This document shows positions 10,253 to 20,588 of a stretch of DNA of 64,000 bases, piece after piece. The DNA lies in assembly GCA_963720565.1 (NCBI GenBank), contig CAVRFW010000006.1, positions 15,521 to 79,520 of the forward strand, written 5' to 3'. Below the pieces are notes generated by a model. The model saw only the letters and a program-made list of their open reading frames with translations. It was not told the DNA's origin and did not search any database. Position 1 is the stretch's first letter; the number at the start of each line of letters is the position of its first letter. The position numbers and the translations under genes are program-made. This DNA comes from Candidatus Bathyarchaeota archaeon. GTDB taxonomy: Archaea; Thermoproteota; Bathyarchaeia; Bathyarchaeales; Bathycorpusculaceae.

Positions 10253-13200
10253 TTAAGCCTTCTCCTTAAGCTTTAGTTTTGGTGTGATGCACAAACTCTG
10301 TAGTTCCTGAAGCAAAAGCTTGAATGCATACGAAACTATTACCGGGGAGATTTTTGCCTTTTCATCGCAGATTTTGCAGACGTATTTTCGCTGTTTAATG
10401 TCGAAGTAGGCGATTTGTCCACATGTTTCGCAAATGTAGAGTGTGTACTTGTCAGATTCCTCGAGTAATCTGTCTCTGAGCAGCATGGCTGCGCCGTGTC
10501 CGATGAGGCAGTCTCTTTCCATCTCGCCGAACCTTAAACCGCCGCCTCGTGCTCTGCCCTCTGTGGGCTGTCGCGTAAGCATCTGTACTTGTCCGCGAGC
10601 GCGGGCATGGATTTTGTCCGCGACCATATGGTGGAGCTTTTGGTAGTAGACTACGCCTACGAAGATGTCAGCTACGAATTTTTCACCGGTTGTTCCATTA
10701 TAGAAGACTTCGCTTCCAGTATTGCTGAATCCGAGCTTGACCAGACTCTTCCGTATTTCATCAGGTCCTTCATTAGCAAACGGCGTGCCATTCGCGGGTC
10801 TTCCTCTTGCCGATGCAGCTTTCCCAGCGAGTGATTCGATAAATTGACCGATTGTCATTCTTGACGGAATTGCGTGTGGGTTGATCACTATGTCGGGGAC
10901 AATGCCTTCATCCGTGAAGGGCATATCCTCTTGGGGCACAATAAGACCAATGACGCCTTTTTGACCGTGACGAGAAGCGAACTTGTCGCCTAGCTCGGGA
11001 ACACGCTGATCGCGAACGCGTACCTTGACGAGTTTGCTTCCCTCTCCGGATTCGGTAATGAAAATTCCGTCAACAACGCCAGTTTCTGATGGCCTCATAT
11101 CTGCGGATGTATCGCGCATCGATGGTCCTTTGACTTCGAACTCTTTGTATTCTTCCAGGAATCTTGGTGGACTTATTCTTCCGATGAGAACGTCGCCGCC
11201 GACCACGCTGGATTCCAGGCTTATTATACCGTCAGGCTCGAGAAGTCTGTAGTATTGTTCTCCGCGATATCCTCTGGTTCCTGCTTCGGGAACGATAAAC
11301 TTGTCTTTTAGCCCGCCTAGGTATTGTCGACACTCAGCTTCATATATTCTGTAGAAGGTGGAACGGGCTAGACCACGTTCTATTGAGGCTTTGTTGAAGA
11401 TTAGGGCATCTTCCATGTTGTAGCCTTCGAACGAGAGCACTGCCACAACACAGTTTTGTCCTGTGGGACGTTGTTTATAGCCTATTACGTCCATCAGTTC
11501 AGTCTCTACCAAAGGCATCTGTGGATAATGCAGAATGTGAGATCGCGAGTCTACTCGGTGATGGAAGTTTGTTCCGTAAACGCCCAACGCTTGCTTTGCC
11601 ATTGCGGCCTGGTAAGAGTTGCGTGGTGATTGATTGTGCTCGGGATAGGGTATCGTTGAAGCGCATATGCCCAATATCGTGTAGGTAGCAATTTCGGAGT
11701 GTGTATTTTGCGGTCCAACCTTGTCCAGAGAAACTGCCAGGAGCGCATTCTCTTCCTCTTCAGCATCCAAGTATTCAACCAACCCGTTCTTGACGAGATC
11801 TTCCCAAGTCCATTCTCCTAACGCTATTTTTTCGAAGTGATTGGGCTGAAGCTTCGAGACGCCGTTTTCAACGATAATTAGTGGTCTTCTTACTCTGCCC
11901 TCGTCGCAGTTTGCATGCACTTCTTCTGTTTCACTGAACTGCTTTGAGAAGTAGGTTATGTTAACTTCAGTTGAGATTTCGCCTGCCCTTCTCTTTTCTC
12001 TAAAGGACTTAACTGTGCGCTCCGCAGAATCGACGTATCCGATGATGTTGCCATCAACGAAGACTTTGGCTCCAGAGATTCTCAAATCCGTGGTGGCTTC
12101 GTAGGCTGGAATTGTGCCCATTTCAAAGAGCAGCTGCTTAATCTTGTCAGGGTTAACTCCAACGCTTATCGATGCAGACAACGCGAGGTTCTTTACCAGA
12201 CCACAGTTAGATCCTTCCGGCGTTTCATTGGGGCACAAACGTCCCCAGTGGGTCGGGTGCAGATCTCGAGCCTCGAAGTTTGGCTGGCTCCTGCTCAGAG
12301 GTGACTGAAGCCTGCGCAAGTGACTGAGTGTGGAAATGTAATTTGTTCTATCCAAGAGTTGCGTTATACCAACTCGGCCTCTTCCCCAGTTTCCAGTAGC
12401 AAGCGCATGTTGGAATCTCTCTGTAATTATTCCCGGACGAACTGCAGCGGAAACGGTAATTATTGGGCCTTTTACGCCGATTCGCTCAAGTTGGTACTTT
12501 ATGTCCCGGGTTAAGTTTCTGAAGGAAACACGGAATAGGTCAGCAAGAAGCGGACCGGCAAGTCTTAGACGTTTGTTCTTGAAGTGGTCTTTGTCGTCTG
12601 GTTGCCTTCTGTTGAGTTTAAGCTGGATTATGCGGTAAGCCATTTCGCCCAGGAAAATGGCTTTGTCTTTTCTGTTCTTGTCGCTTCTACCCAAGTGGGG
12701 TAGGAAGTTCTTGTCAAGTGCTGTCTCAGCCTTTTGAAGACGGTACTCTTCCACTTGCCCATGAGCGACTCGATTCCCAATGAAAAGAATCGCTTCGGCG
12801 GGTGTGTCGACGCCTATAGCTTTTTCGAATGAGGCAGCAAGTTCATGCTGAATATCTTTATCGAGCGAAACCGCCTCAGCTATATCTTTATCTTTTTCCA
12901 AGGTCAGCGCGCGTAATATAACCACAAAGGGAATCTCGGTTGGAACGCCTGGCATTGTGACGTAGATTGCATCATCAGATTTCAGTTTTAGTTCTATTCT
13001 AGCCCTGAAACCTACGGTGGTAGAGAATATTTTAGCTTGATAAACTGGCGATGTTCCTTTTTCATCTATGTCGACTATAACGCGGTTTGGTGCTAAGTCT
13101 TCCATAGCAACTATGACGCGTTCAGAACCGTTAACGACGAAATAGCCCCCTGTGTCATCTGGATCCTCTCCTGCAGCGATAAGTTCTTCTTTTGAGAGTT

Positions 13201-13627
13201 GAGAGAGGAAGCAAAGTTTTGACTTCAGCATTACAGGTATATTTCCGATGTAAACAAGTTCCGTATCCTGTTCTCTTCCATCTATTACCGGCGTCATTTC
13301 CAGTGCAATGGGCGCTGAGTATGCTAGGTTACGCAATCGGGCTTCCGTGGGGTAAATTTCATGCTTTGTACCGTCAACTTCAGTGGCATACGGTCCTGTT
13401 ATGCGCGATTGAGGATCAATTACCCATATCTGTCCGAGCTTAACTTTGTAGGGGCTCTCTGGAACTTCTATCGGGATTTCGCCAACTTCGTCAACAACCT
13501 CTTGTAAACCGTGGTCTATGAACTCGTTGTAGCTGTCAAGGTGCTGGCGGACAAGACCTTTTTCATTAAAGAATGTTTTTAGTAATGAACGAATATCTTC
13601 TTTCTGAATTTCAGTCAATTTCATCAT
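10253..13627 (-). CDS. rpoB: RNA polymerase subunit B (unsplit)
   Basis: [46 protein letters not shown] and a C-terminal Zn ribbon; 1124 aa. Confidence 0.98.
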   Translation of the reverse strand: MMKLTEIQKEDIRSLLKTFFNEKGLVRQHLDSYNEFIDHGLQEVVDEVGEIPIEVPESPYKVKLGQIWVIDPQSRITGPYATEVDGTKHEIYPTEARLRNLAYSAPIALEMTPVIDGREQDTELVYIGNIPVMLKSKLCFLSQLSKEELIAAGEDPDDTGGYFVVNGSERVIVAMEDLAPNRVIVDIDEKGTSPVYQAKIFSTTVGFRARIELKLKSDDAIYVTMPGVPTEIPFVVILRALTLEKDKDIAEAVSLDKDIQHELAASFEKAIGVDTPAEAILFIGNRVAHGQVEEYRLQKAETALDKNFLPHLGRSDKNRKDKAIFLGEMAYRIIQLKLNRRQPDDKDHFKNKRLRLAGPLLADLFRVSFRNLTRDIKYQLERIGVKGPIITVSAAVRPGIITERFQHALATGNWGRGRVGITQLLDRTNYISTLSHLRRLQSPLSRSQPNFEARDLHPTHWGRLCPNETPEGSNCGLVKNLALSASISVGVNPDKIKQLLFEMGTIPAYEATTDLRISGAKVFVDGNIIGYVDSAERTVKSFREKRRAGEISTEVNITYFSKQFSETEEVHANCDEGRVRRPLIIVENGVSKLQPNHFEKIALGEWTWEDLVKNGLVEYLDAEEEENALLAVSLDKVGPQNTHSEIATYTILGICASTIPYPEHNQSPRNSYQAAMAKQALGVYGTNFHHRVDSRSHILHYPQMPLVETELMDVIGYKQRPTGQNCVVAVLSFEGYNMEDALIFNKASIERGLARSTFYRIYEAECRQYLGGLKDKFIVPEAGTRGYRGEQYYRLLEPDGIISLESSVVGGDVLIGRISPPRFLEEYKEFEVKGPSMRDTSADMRPSETGVVDGIFITESGEGSKLVKVRVRDQRVPELGDKFASRHGQKGVIGLIVPQEDMPFTDEGIVPDIVINPHAIPSRMTIGQFIESLAGKAASARGRPANGTPFANEGPDEIRKSLVKLGFSNTGSEVFYNGTTGEKFVADIFVGVVYYQKLHHMVADKIHARARGQVQMLTRQPTEGRARGGGLRFGEMERDCLIGHGAAMLLRDRLLEESDKYTLYICETCGQIAYFDIKQRKYVCKICDEKAKISPVIVSYAFKLLLQELQSLCITPKLKLKEKA

Positions 13628-13780
13628 TCTCCCGCAAAATCATATTTTGAAACACACGTGTGCAATTTTTGGTTGCGGGTTTTCATCAAACTTTCGATTT
13701 CCTCCGATGTTGGATGGGTATCCAAATCGAAAAAGGATCTCCTATTTCTTAAGAGCACAAACCAATGCTTCATAGCTATC

Positions 13781-13795
13781 TAATAAACTTTTTTA
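13781..13795 (-). promoter_or_regulatory. Putative BRE/TATA promoter of the rpoB operon
   Basis: Minus strand reads AAAAAAGTTTATTA about 155 nt upstream of the rpoB start. Confidence 0.45.
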
Positions 13796-14082
13796 TGGAA
13801 GTACATACAAACTAAGGTCTTCTAAACTCTCTCAAAGTTATTACACGACAACTTCTTCCTAAGGTATATTTGTGCCCCGCAAAAGGCAAAAGAGAGAAGA
13901 AGTTCAACTAATCGCTTAAAATCACATTTCAAGCATGCAGTTTTAGATCTTCGAATACTGAAAAAGGGTTTCAATTTTTTGTCAAGCGAGCGCAGAGCTA
14001 ATTTGGAAGGATTATAGACAGCACCGAGCTGATAAGCGGGAAATGATTAATAAGAAGAGATTCAGATTTTGTTAGACTGTGT

Positions 14083-14229
14083 GCAGCGGTAACCAAGCCA
14101 GGTCAAAGGTGAAAGAGCGCATCTAAGTGCGTTCCACTAAGGACTCAAGATCGACGCTTTGACTTGAGCGCCCTATGAGAAATCCTTTCCCGTAGGGGTT
14201 CGCAGGTTCAAATCCTGCCCGCTGCACCA
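14083..14229 (+). tRNA. tRNA-Leu(CAA) with two introns (28/29: 14114-14140; 37/38: 14150-14181)
   Basis: Acceptor stem GCAGCGG/CCGCTGC, discriminator A, encoded CCA; anticodon arm AAGGA-CTCAAGA-TCCTT after splicing; long variable arm; T arm GCAGG-TTCAAAT-CCTGC. Both introns fit bulge-helix-bulge geometry. Confidence 0.92.
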
Positions 14230-14341
14230 TAAGTCACAACGACTTGCATATCACCCGCCACAGTTTTGGACGATACGCTCCAGTGAGTCTCCTATCGATG
14301 TTACAAATGCACACAAATAGTATACTCGTTTTCCAAAGCCC

Positions 14342-14939
14342 TCATGTTTTGCCGCCGACTTTTGAGAATGTGAGCCTTATTCTGCTTTTATGTTGCCTTG
14401 TCTGTCCTCCTGGGTAAACACAGAGGATGACACGGTAACCTGACAGCATTTTGTCATAGTCGTCGGTTACCTTATGGTATTGTAGATCTCGAAATTCTGG
14501 AAGTTGCTGCAGCACATGTTTTGCTGAGTTGCCAAGGACAAAAATCACTTTCGGGTCTAGCTCGGATATTTCTCTTCTCAAGAAACGGGCTGAACAAACT
14601 TCTAAAACCTTCAGATGGCACATTTTTTCTGCTGACTCTTGTTCAGTCTGCATTTGATCGCATCGATGAGAGCAAATCCTTTGCCTTTGAATTCATCCAA
14701 AGAATTCAATCCCAGATGTTCAAGTACTTCTCTGCATAGGTTCGTGCGCTTGCGTCATCAACATCCTGACTGTAGAAGTACCGTTGCTTTCCATTCCACG
14801 GCGGAGATTCAGCAACGAACAAAATTTCAACAGGCTTTCGTTGCCATTTCTCCTCCACCTTGTACTTGACATAGGGTTTTTCAGAAGGGTTAATTCTTTC
14901 CCGACTTTCGAATTTCAAGCATTCACTGGCAGAGGTCAA
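14342..14939 (-). pseudogene. Uracil-DNA glycosylase superfamily protein, broken across three frames
   Basis: Frame 1 EILFVAESPP; middle frame KRTNLCREVL...GFALIDAIKCRL; frame 3 FLRREISELDPKVIFVLG...CVYP. At least two frameshifts, near 14752 and 14620. Confidence 0.7.
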
Positions 14940-15027
14940 TGTCGCGAGTGAGAGTCAAATGCGTCTCCTAACCGTTCTGAGTGAGCCAAGTTTTAATTAT
15001 GCAGGGGCATTATTAAATTGAGAGAAG

Positions 15028-15378
15028 ATGAGGGAAGACACAAAAAACAAGGAATATACTGAGCAAGATTACCCAGAAGGAACTCTGGGTTGGAAAGCAA
15101 ACAGAAAGCTGGCAGCTGTTGAGGAGCACGCGCTGAAAAGTGGAATAGTCTGCCTGTCTTTCGCCACTATTCTTCTGTTACCTGCCATTATCGAAATTCT
15201 ATATTACAGCATGAACATGCATGGTCCTCTCCTGACATGGCGTGCAGGGGTAGAGCCTTACAGTTTGGCACAGTGGCATATGGTTGTATATGTTGTGGTT
15301 CTTCTAATGTTCGTCAGCGCCTTCTTCTACTTTGGCATAAGATTGGTTTGGCAAGGTCTTCATCAACGCAAGAAATAA
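15028..15378 (+). CDS. Small hypothetical membrane protein (2 TM)
   Basis: 116-aa ORF with two hydrophobic helices; TATA-like TTTTAA about 35 nt upstream. Confidence 0.6.
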   Translation: MREDTKNKEYTEQDYPEGTLGWKANRKLAAVEEHALKSGIVCLSFATILLLPAIIEILYYSMNMHGPLLTWRAGVEPYSLAQWHMVVYVVVLLMFVSAFFYFGIRLVWQGLHQRKK

Positions 15379-15720
15379 GCGTGTTCCCCTGAGCCCTAGA
15401 GCAAAAGAAATTTCAGATTTTAGTCAGACGATGCATTACGGTGGCTGGTTCAGAATGGATGAGTTCCACGGGGCAATTCCATTATAGGGGGCCTTGTTTG
15501 CAAGAAAAAAGAATAAATGTTTTCTCAGAGACTATTGTCTTTCTTCTTCTCCAGCAATGCTCTGTTGGTCCAGAAGCGAATCATCGAAGGGCGTAGTTGT
15601 CTTCTGCAGTGTAGATTATCTCAAAACGTTAATTGAATACCTGGAGTAGCCAACTAGAGCAGCTGTTCCAGCAATGCAATAGAGTGAGAGATGATTAAGA
15701 GGTGTTCTTTTGGGATTGAG

Positions 15721-15797
15721 TGGCGCCGCCTAAAGGACTCGAACCTTTGACCTACTGATTAACAGTCAGTTGCACTACCGGGCTGTGCAAAGGCGGC
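15721..15797 (-). tRNA. tRNA-Asn(GTT)
   Basis: Minus strand: GCCGCCT/AGGCGGC acceptor, GCAC/GTGC D stem, ACTGA-CTGTTAA-TCAGT anticodon arm, AAAGG-TTCGAGT-CCTTT T arm, G discriminator, CCA. Confidence 0.93.
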
Positions 15798-15927
15798 AAA
15801 GCGTCACTTATTCAGTCTCAGCTTCACAAAAGTATTTAAGGTTAGTTATACAGAGCCGATAGGTTTCTAGAAAAATGTATATGAAGGTAATCCGCTATAA
15901 AACTAGAAAACCATCAAAGGGGAGAGA

Positions 15928-16497
15928 ATGGTGAGTTTGAAGGGAATAGTTGAGTTCAGGTGGCATGGCAGAGGCGGACAGGGCGCATGGACAGCTAGTG
16001 AGTTACTAGCGCGAACTGCGCTCCACGAGGGCAAATATATCCAGTCTTTTCCGGAGTTTGGCCCCGAAAGAATGGGAGCACCGGTGACTGCGTTCACTCG
16101 AATTAGTAATGAGGTTATCAGATTACACAGTTCTGTTTACGAGCCAGACATCGTTGTGGTTTTGGATCCAACATTGCTAAAAACCGTTCCAGTAGCTTCC
16201 GGAGTGGATGACAAAGGACTTTTTATCGTTAACTCTGCAGATGAGCCAGTTAAGGTTCGAGAAAGCTTAAAAACAAAAAAAGGAAAACTCTGGACCATTC
16301 CTGCGACACAAATCGCTCTGAAAATCTTGGGCATGTCTATAACCAATACGGCTATGCTGGGAGCAGTTGCTCGAGCCACTAACGTGGTATCTCTGGATAG
16401 TATTGAAAAGACAGTGAAGGAGCGGTTCAGAGCAGATCTGGCTGAGAAGAATTTCGCAGTTATTAAAGAGGCTTTTCAGGAGGCAAAACAAGAATGA
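15928..16497 (+). CDS. porG: Pyruvate/2-ketoisovalerate:ferredoxin oxidoreductase gamma subunit
   Basis: EFRWHGRGGQG, FPEFGPERMGAPV, NTAMLGA. Confidence 0.93.
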   Translation: MVSLKGIVEFRWHGRGGQGAWTASELLARTALHEGKYIQSFPEFGPERMGAPVTAFTRISNEVIRLHSSVYEPDIVVVLDPTLLKTVPVASGVDDKGLFIVNSADEPVKVRESLKTKKGKLWTIPATQIALKILGMSITNTAMLGAVARATNVVSLDSIEKTVKERFRADLAEKNFAVIKEAFQEAKQE

Positions 16498-16778
16498 CCA
16501 GCAATGAAGAGGGTTGGAAAGAAACAGCGCCTGCAGCTGTATGCTCAAAATCGAGCAAACTTTTCTTAACAGGTGACTGGAAAACTTACATGCCTATCCG
16601 AGATAAGGCTAAGTGCACCATCTGTTTGACATGTGTACTTTTTTGTCCGGATGGAGCAATCCATTGGCACCCCGAGAAAGGAGACATCGAATTCGACCTA
16701 AGTTTTTGCAAAGGATGCGGAATATGTGCCAACGAGTGCCCAACTAAAGCCATAACGATGAAGCTGGAACAGGAGTGA
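16494..16778 (+). CDS. porD: 2-oxoacid:ferredoxin oxidoreductase delta subunit (2x[4Fe-4S])
   Basis: TGDWK, CTICLTCVLFCP, CKGCGICANECP. Confidence 0.93.
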   Translation: MTSNEEGWKETAPAAVCSKSSKLFLTGDWKTYMPIRDKAKCTICLTCVLFCPDGAIHWHPEKGDIEFDLSFCKGCGICANECPTKAITMKLEQE

Positions 16779-16785
16779 ACGTGAA

Positions 16786-18015
16786 GTGAAGAAATCTGTT
16801 AAACAAGAAAGGATGGCTATGAGCGGAGACGAAGCCGTTGCTTATGCGGTTAAGCAGTCGGATGTAGATGTGGTTGCGGCCTACCCGATTACACCTCAGA
16901 CGATAATTGTGGAGAAATTTGGTGAATATGTGGCTGATGGTGAGGTGCAAACTGAGTTTGTTTGTACCGAGTCTGAGCACAGCGCGTTGGCTGCTTCTCT
17001 TTCCGCCTCTGCGACGGGCGCTAGAACTTTCACGGCTACAGCCTCGGCTGGTTTGGCTTTGATGCATGAGATGCTTTTTGTGACTTCTGGTTGTAGAGCG
17101 CCAGTGGTTATGGCAGTTGCCAACAGGGCTTTATCTGCTCCGCTTAACATTCACGGAGACCACTCAGATAGTATTGCTCAAAGAGACAGCGGTTGGATTC
17201 AGTTGTACGTTGAAAACGCGCAGGAAGCTTATGATTCGGTGATTCAGGCGTTCAGAATCGCGGAGGATTTTGGAGTGATGTTACCTATTATGGTGGGCTT
17301 GGATGGTTTCACGGTGAGCCACACACTGGAAAATGTGGAAACGCTTCCGGATGAAGTGACCAAAGAGTTTGTTGGAACACGCCTTTTGCCGAATGTTCTT
17401 ACACACGAGAACAAAAAAGTTCCTTTCAAACTTGACCCAGACAATCCTATGACTATGGGTCCAATGGCTTTGCCTAATTATTATTTTGAGTTTAAACGAC
17501 AACAGGATGAGGCAATGAAGAACGCTCTTGCTGTGATTCAGAAGGTAAACGATGAATACGCTGAGTTAACTGGTAGAAAATACGGCAATGGCCTGGTTGA
17601 AACTTATCGTCTCGAAGACGCGGAAATTGCAGCAGTCTGCATTGGCTCAACAGCGGGAACCATGAAAACTGTTGTTGACGAGCTGAGGCAAGAAGGCGTT
17701 AAAGCTGGGCTATTGAGATTGCGCGTGTTCAGACCTTTGCCGGTTGAAGAGATTAGAACGGCTTTGGAAAACGTGAAAGCAGTAGCTGTCTTAGATAAGA
17801 GCTTGAGTTTTGGCGGAAATGGTGGCGCGGTTTTTCACGAGGTTCGCCATATTCTCTACGATTCAAAAGCCAAACCCTATGTCGTAGACTATGTTTACGG
17901 CTTGGGTGGGAGAGATGCAAGTCCAAGAGAGCTTCGGGGCATATACCAAGACCTATTGCAGATAGTGAATAAGGGTGTGCAAAATCCGATTCAGTATCTG
18001 GGATTGAGAGAGTAG
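16786..18015 (+). CDS. porA: 2-oxoacid:ferredoxin oxidoreductase alpha subunit
   Basis: AAYPITPQT, ESEHSA, NRALSAPLNIHGDHSD. Confidence 0.95.
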   Translation: MKKSVKQERMAMSGDEAVAYAVKQSDVDVVAAYPITPQTIIVEKFGEYVADGEVQTEFVCTESEHSALAASLSASATGARTFTATASAGLALMHEMLFVTSGCRAPVVMAVANRALSAPLNIHGDHSDSIAQRDSGWIQLYVENAQEAYDSVIQAFRIAEDFGVMLPIMVGLDGFTVSHTLENVETLPDEVTKEFVGTRLLPNVLTHENKKVPFKLDPDNPMTMGPMALPNYYFEFKRQQDEAMKNALAVIQKVNDEYAELTGRKYGNGLVETYRLEDAEIAAVCIGSTAGTMKTVVDELRQEGVKAGLLRLRVFRPLPVEEIRTALENVKAVAVLDKSLSFGGNGGAVFHEVRHILYDSKAKPYVVDYVYGLGGRDASPRELRGIYQDLLQIVNKGVQNPIQYLGLRE

Positions 18016-18034
18016 ATGGAGGAAAGAGAAGAAA

Positions 18035-19009
18035 ATGACTAATCAAGAGTGGAAGTTTACTTCAAAAGATATTGCGGCAACGCCAGATTTGTTCTTGTCA
18101 GGCCACAGAGCTTGTGCTGGATGTGTACCTGCAACGGTATTGAGGCTTGTCATGAAAGCTACCCGTGGCCCAACTATAGTAACTGAAGCTACTGGTTGCA
18201 TGGAAGTTGTTTCTGCGATTTATCCGTACACATCTTGGGCTACACCATGGCTACACACTGCCTTTGAGACTGCTGCGGCAAACGCTTCTGGAATAGAAGC
18301 TGCGTTGAAGATAATGAAGAAGAAAGGCAAAGTCAAACAGGAGCATGTAGATGTTATCGCGTTTGCTGGTGATGGGGGTACATACGATATTGGATTTCAA
18401 GCATTATCGGGCGCCGTTGAGCGTGGTCACGATTTCCTGTTCGTGCTTTATGATAATGAGGCTTATATGAACACTGGAATCCAACGGAGCGGCGGAACCC
18501 CACATGGAGCTTCGACGACAACTACACCTGCTGGCAGAGTTGTGCCAGGAAAGTTGCAATACAAGAAGCCCATTGCAGAAATTATGGTAGCCCATGATAT
18601 GCCTTATGTAGCCACTGCTTCGCCATATTACTGGCGTGATTTGCTTACTAAGGTACGGAAGGGCTTGGAGGTTGAAGGACCGGCGTTCTTGCATGTGCTG
18701 GCACCTTGTCCTCGTGGTTGGCGAAGTGACCCGGCCAAATCAATCGAGTACTCGAAGTTGGCGGTGGAAACTTGTGTTTTTCCGTTGTGGGAATCGGTGA
18801 ACGGACAGTGTCAGTTGTCAGTTCCAAGCAGGCTTGTCGCTCTTGCGCCGCAGAAGAAAAAGCCAGTTACTGACTATTTGCGGGGGCAAGGCAGATTCAG
18901 GCACATGTTTGGACCGCAAGGCAAGAAATTGCTGGAGGAAATGCAGCTAATAACGGATGAAAAATGGCAGCGTATACTTAAGAAATGCGGAATGGAAAAA
19001 CAACCATAA
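18035..19009 (+). CDS. porB: 2-oxoacid:ferredoxin oxidoreductase beta subunit (TPP-binding)
   Basis: GHRACAGC, GDGGTYDIG, DNEAYMNTGIQRS, PCPRGW. Confidence 0.95.
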   Translation: MTNQEWKFTSKDIAATPDLFLSGHRACAGCVPATVLRLVMKATRGPTIVTEATGCMEVVSAIYPYTSWATPWLHTAFETAAANASGIEAALKIMKKKGKVKQEHVDVIAFAGDGGTYDIGFQALSGAVERGHDFLFVLYDNEAYMNTGIQRSGGTPHGASTTTTPAGRVVPGKLQYKKPIAEIMVAHDMPYVATASPYYWRDLLTKVRKGLEVEGPAFLHVLAPCPRGWRSDPAKSIEYSKLAVETCVFPLWESVNGQCQLSVPSRLVALAPQKKKPVTDYLRGQGRFRHMFGPQGKKLLEEMQLITDEKWQRILKKCGMEKQP

Positions 19010-19106
19010 CTTCTATTTTTCTTCTAAAATCAGTTGGACTGTATTCAGAGAAAAGACTGCTCGCCTTTTAGTCTGAATTGCGGACTGCGATGGTTGATTT
19101 TGTAGT

Positions 19107-19253
19107 CTAATCGTATCTTTTCAGCTTTATCATTTTGCGGTAATTCTTGAGGTCTTGTGAGACACTTCTTAGAAGGGTCAGTTCTTCCATTGTCTTTTCG
19201 AATTTTCTCATTTCTTCGTGGACTTGTCTTTGCAGCATTTCTTCTTTGTCCAT
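19107..19253 (-). CDS. Small 48-aa coiled-coil-like protein (not in ORF track)
   Basis: Hand translation MDKEEMLQRQVHEEMRKFEKTMEELTLLRSVSQDLKNYRKMIKLKRYD*, preceded by AAGAAGGAG. Confidence 0.55.
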   Translation of the reverse strand: MDKEEMLQRQVHEEMRKFEKTMEELTLLRSVSQDLKNYRKMIKLKRYD

Positions 19254-19417
19254 ATTGTGCTCCTTCTTAGTGATTGTTATGTTTTGGAGGGGTCGTCATT
19301 GTTTGTTGGCTATCCAAGGGCCAATCCGTCATCGAGGAGAAAGGAGAAGGCTTCGAGAACGGAAAAATCCTATTGGCTTGTTTGGTTTAGCCTTCAACCT
19401 CAAAGTTCCCTCCGCAA

Positions 19418-19436
19418 CATCGTAAATCTTACGATG
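19418..19436. promoter_or_regulatory. Perfect 8-3-8 inverted repeat (operator-like) next to a TATA box
   Basis: CATCGTAA-ATC-TTACGATG, directly downstream (minus sense) of TTTTATAA near 19445-19452. Confidence 0.5.
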
Positions 19437-19494
19437 CGAGACTATTATAAAAGAATTATGGATTACTGCTAAACAAAGAACTAACTGAAAGTGC

Positions 19495-20061
19495 TCAGCT
19501 TATCGCCAGAACGCCTTCCAAAATCTTCTGATCAGAAACATCTAGTTGCTTAGCCAACCACATCTTCAAAAGCGAAGACAATTTTGGAAGCTCGCCATTA
19601 TAAGTAATAACCTGATTGCCCTTGAGCGCGTCAGCCTGAAAAGTCTTTTCTGTCTCCTTAACTATAAAAGACAGATTATTAGCCTGACAAGCCAACGTTT
19701 GAAAGTCTTCCCACTGTTTACAACGCATAATCACAGACGGACTATACATCACACCAGTCTGCACCTGCGGAACCATAGTCTTTGGCTCGTTCACAACCGC
19801 AATCGGAGTCTCACTTTTGGGAGAGGTTGATAAGTAGCTAATCAGACTAGTGATCTCGTTCTGCAAACCACTTATTTTCTTCTCAACTTTCTCGACCTTG
19901 CCGCTAAGCTCTCCAGTTTGGCCTAACTGCTCTGTAACCGTGCCTAGTTCGTTTATCAGTCGGTCTAGGTCCTTCTCATGCTCTTTGAGAACATTAACTA
20001 TGAAGTCTAATGCTTCCAATGCTTCATCTTTCGACTGTGGGTTCTTCGACATTAGTCCCAT
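19495..20061 (-). CDS. Hypothetical protein with N-terminal coiled coil
   Basis: 188-aa ORF; heptad pattern in ALEALDFIVNVLKEHEKDLDRLINEL followed by an alpha/beta domain. Confidence 0.75.
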   Translation of the reverse strand: MGLMSKNPQSKDEALEALDFIVNVLKEHEKDLDRLINELGTVTEQLGQTGELSGKVEKVEKKISGLQNEITSLISYLSTSPKSETPIAVVNEPKTMVPQVQTGVMYSPSVIMRCKQWEDFQTLACQANNLSFIVKETEKTFQADALKGNQVITYNGELPKLSSLLKMWLAKQLDVSDQKILEGVLAIS

Positions 20062-20300
20062 CTCTAACTTATAGCTAATTCAATACAGCTTACTATAAAT
20101 AAACGTAGCGAATCCTCAAAACTTATCCATACGACGACACAACCATATTTATTCCCAATATGCACAACACTTGTACGGGTCGAAATGTCCTCATTTCACT
20201 CAGATTAGCTGTCTTCTGTCGTGTTCAACTGTGGCTGGGAGCTGCCCACTATCAGAAAAATACATCTGCAAACAATGCAACTGACGTATAAACAGAGTTT

Positions 20301-20588
20301 TTAGCGTGGATTCCAAATGCACCTAATCGCATCCTGCGTGCAGGCTAAGACACATGGTGTTTTCCCGTTCTCAGGCTTGCAGGACGAGCAGACATATTTT
20401 ATGTTTTTGCGATCGTGCTCCGTGACCGCTGCTACAGTCTTATCTTCAAGATCTATCAACAGGGTTACCAATTCCAAGGCTGATTTTGGACACTGGTTTA
20501 CACAATTGCTGCAACCAGTGCATTTTCCAGCGTCAATTACAACGTAGTACTCGCCCGAACCGTCACTGTATCCATAATGGGTGATAAT
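20301..20588 (-). CDS. Ferredoxin, BzdM-like (not in ORF track)
   Basis: Hand translation IITHYGYSDGSGEYYVVIDAGKCTGCSNCVNQCPK...KYVCSSCKPENGKTPCVLACTQDAIRCIWNPR*. No in-frame ATG: either an ATT start at 20588 or ATG 20595 plus one extra T. Confidence 0.85.
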   Translation of the reverse strand: MITHYGYSDGSGEYYVVIDAGKCTGCSNCVNQCPKSALELVTLLIDLEDKTVAAVTEHDRKNIKYVCSSCKPENGKTPCVLACTQDAIRCIWNPR

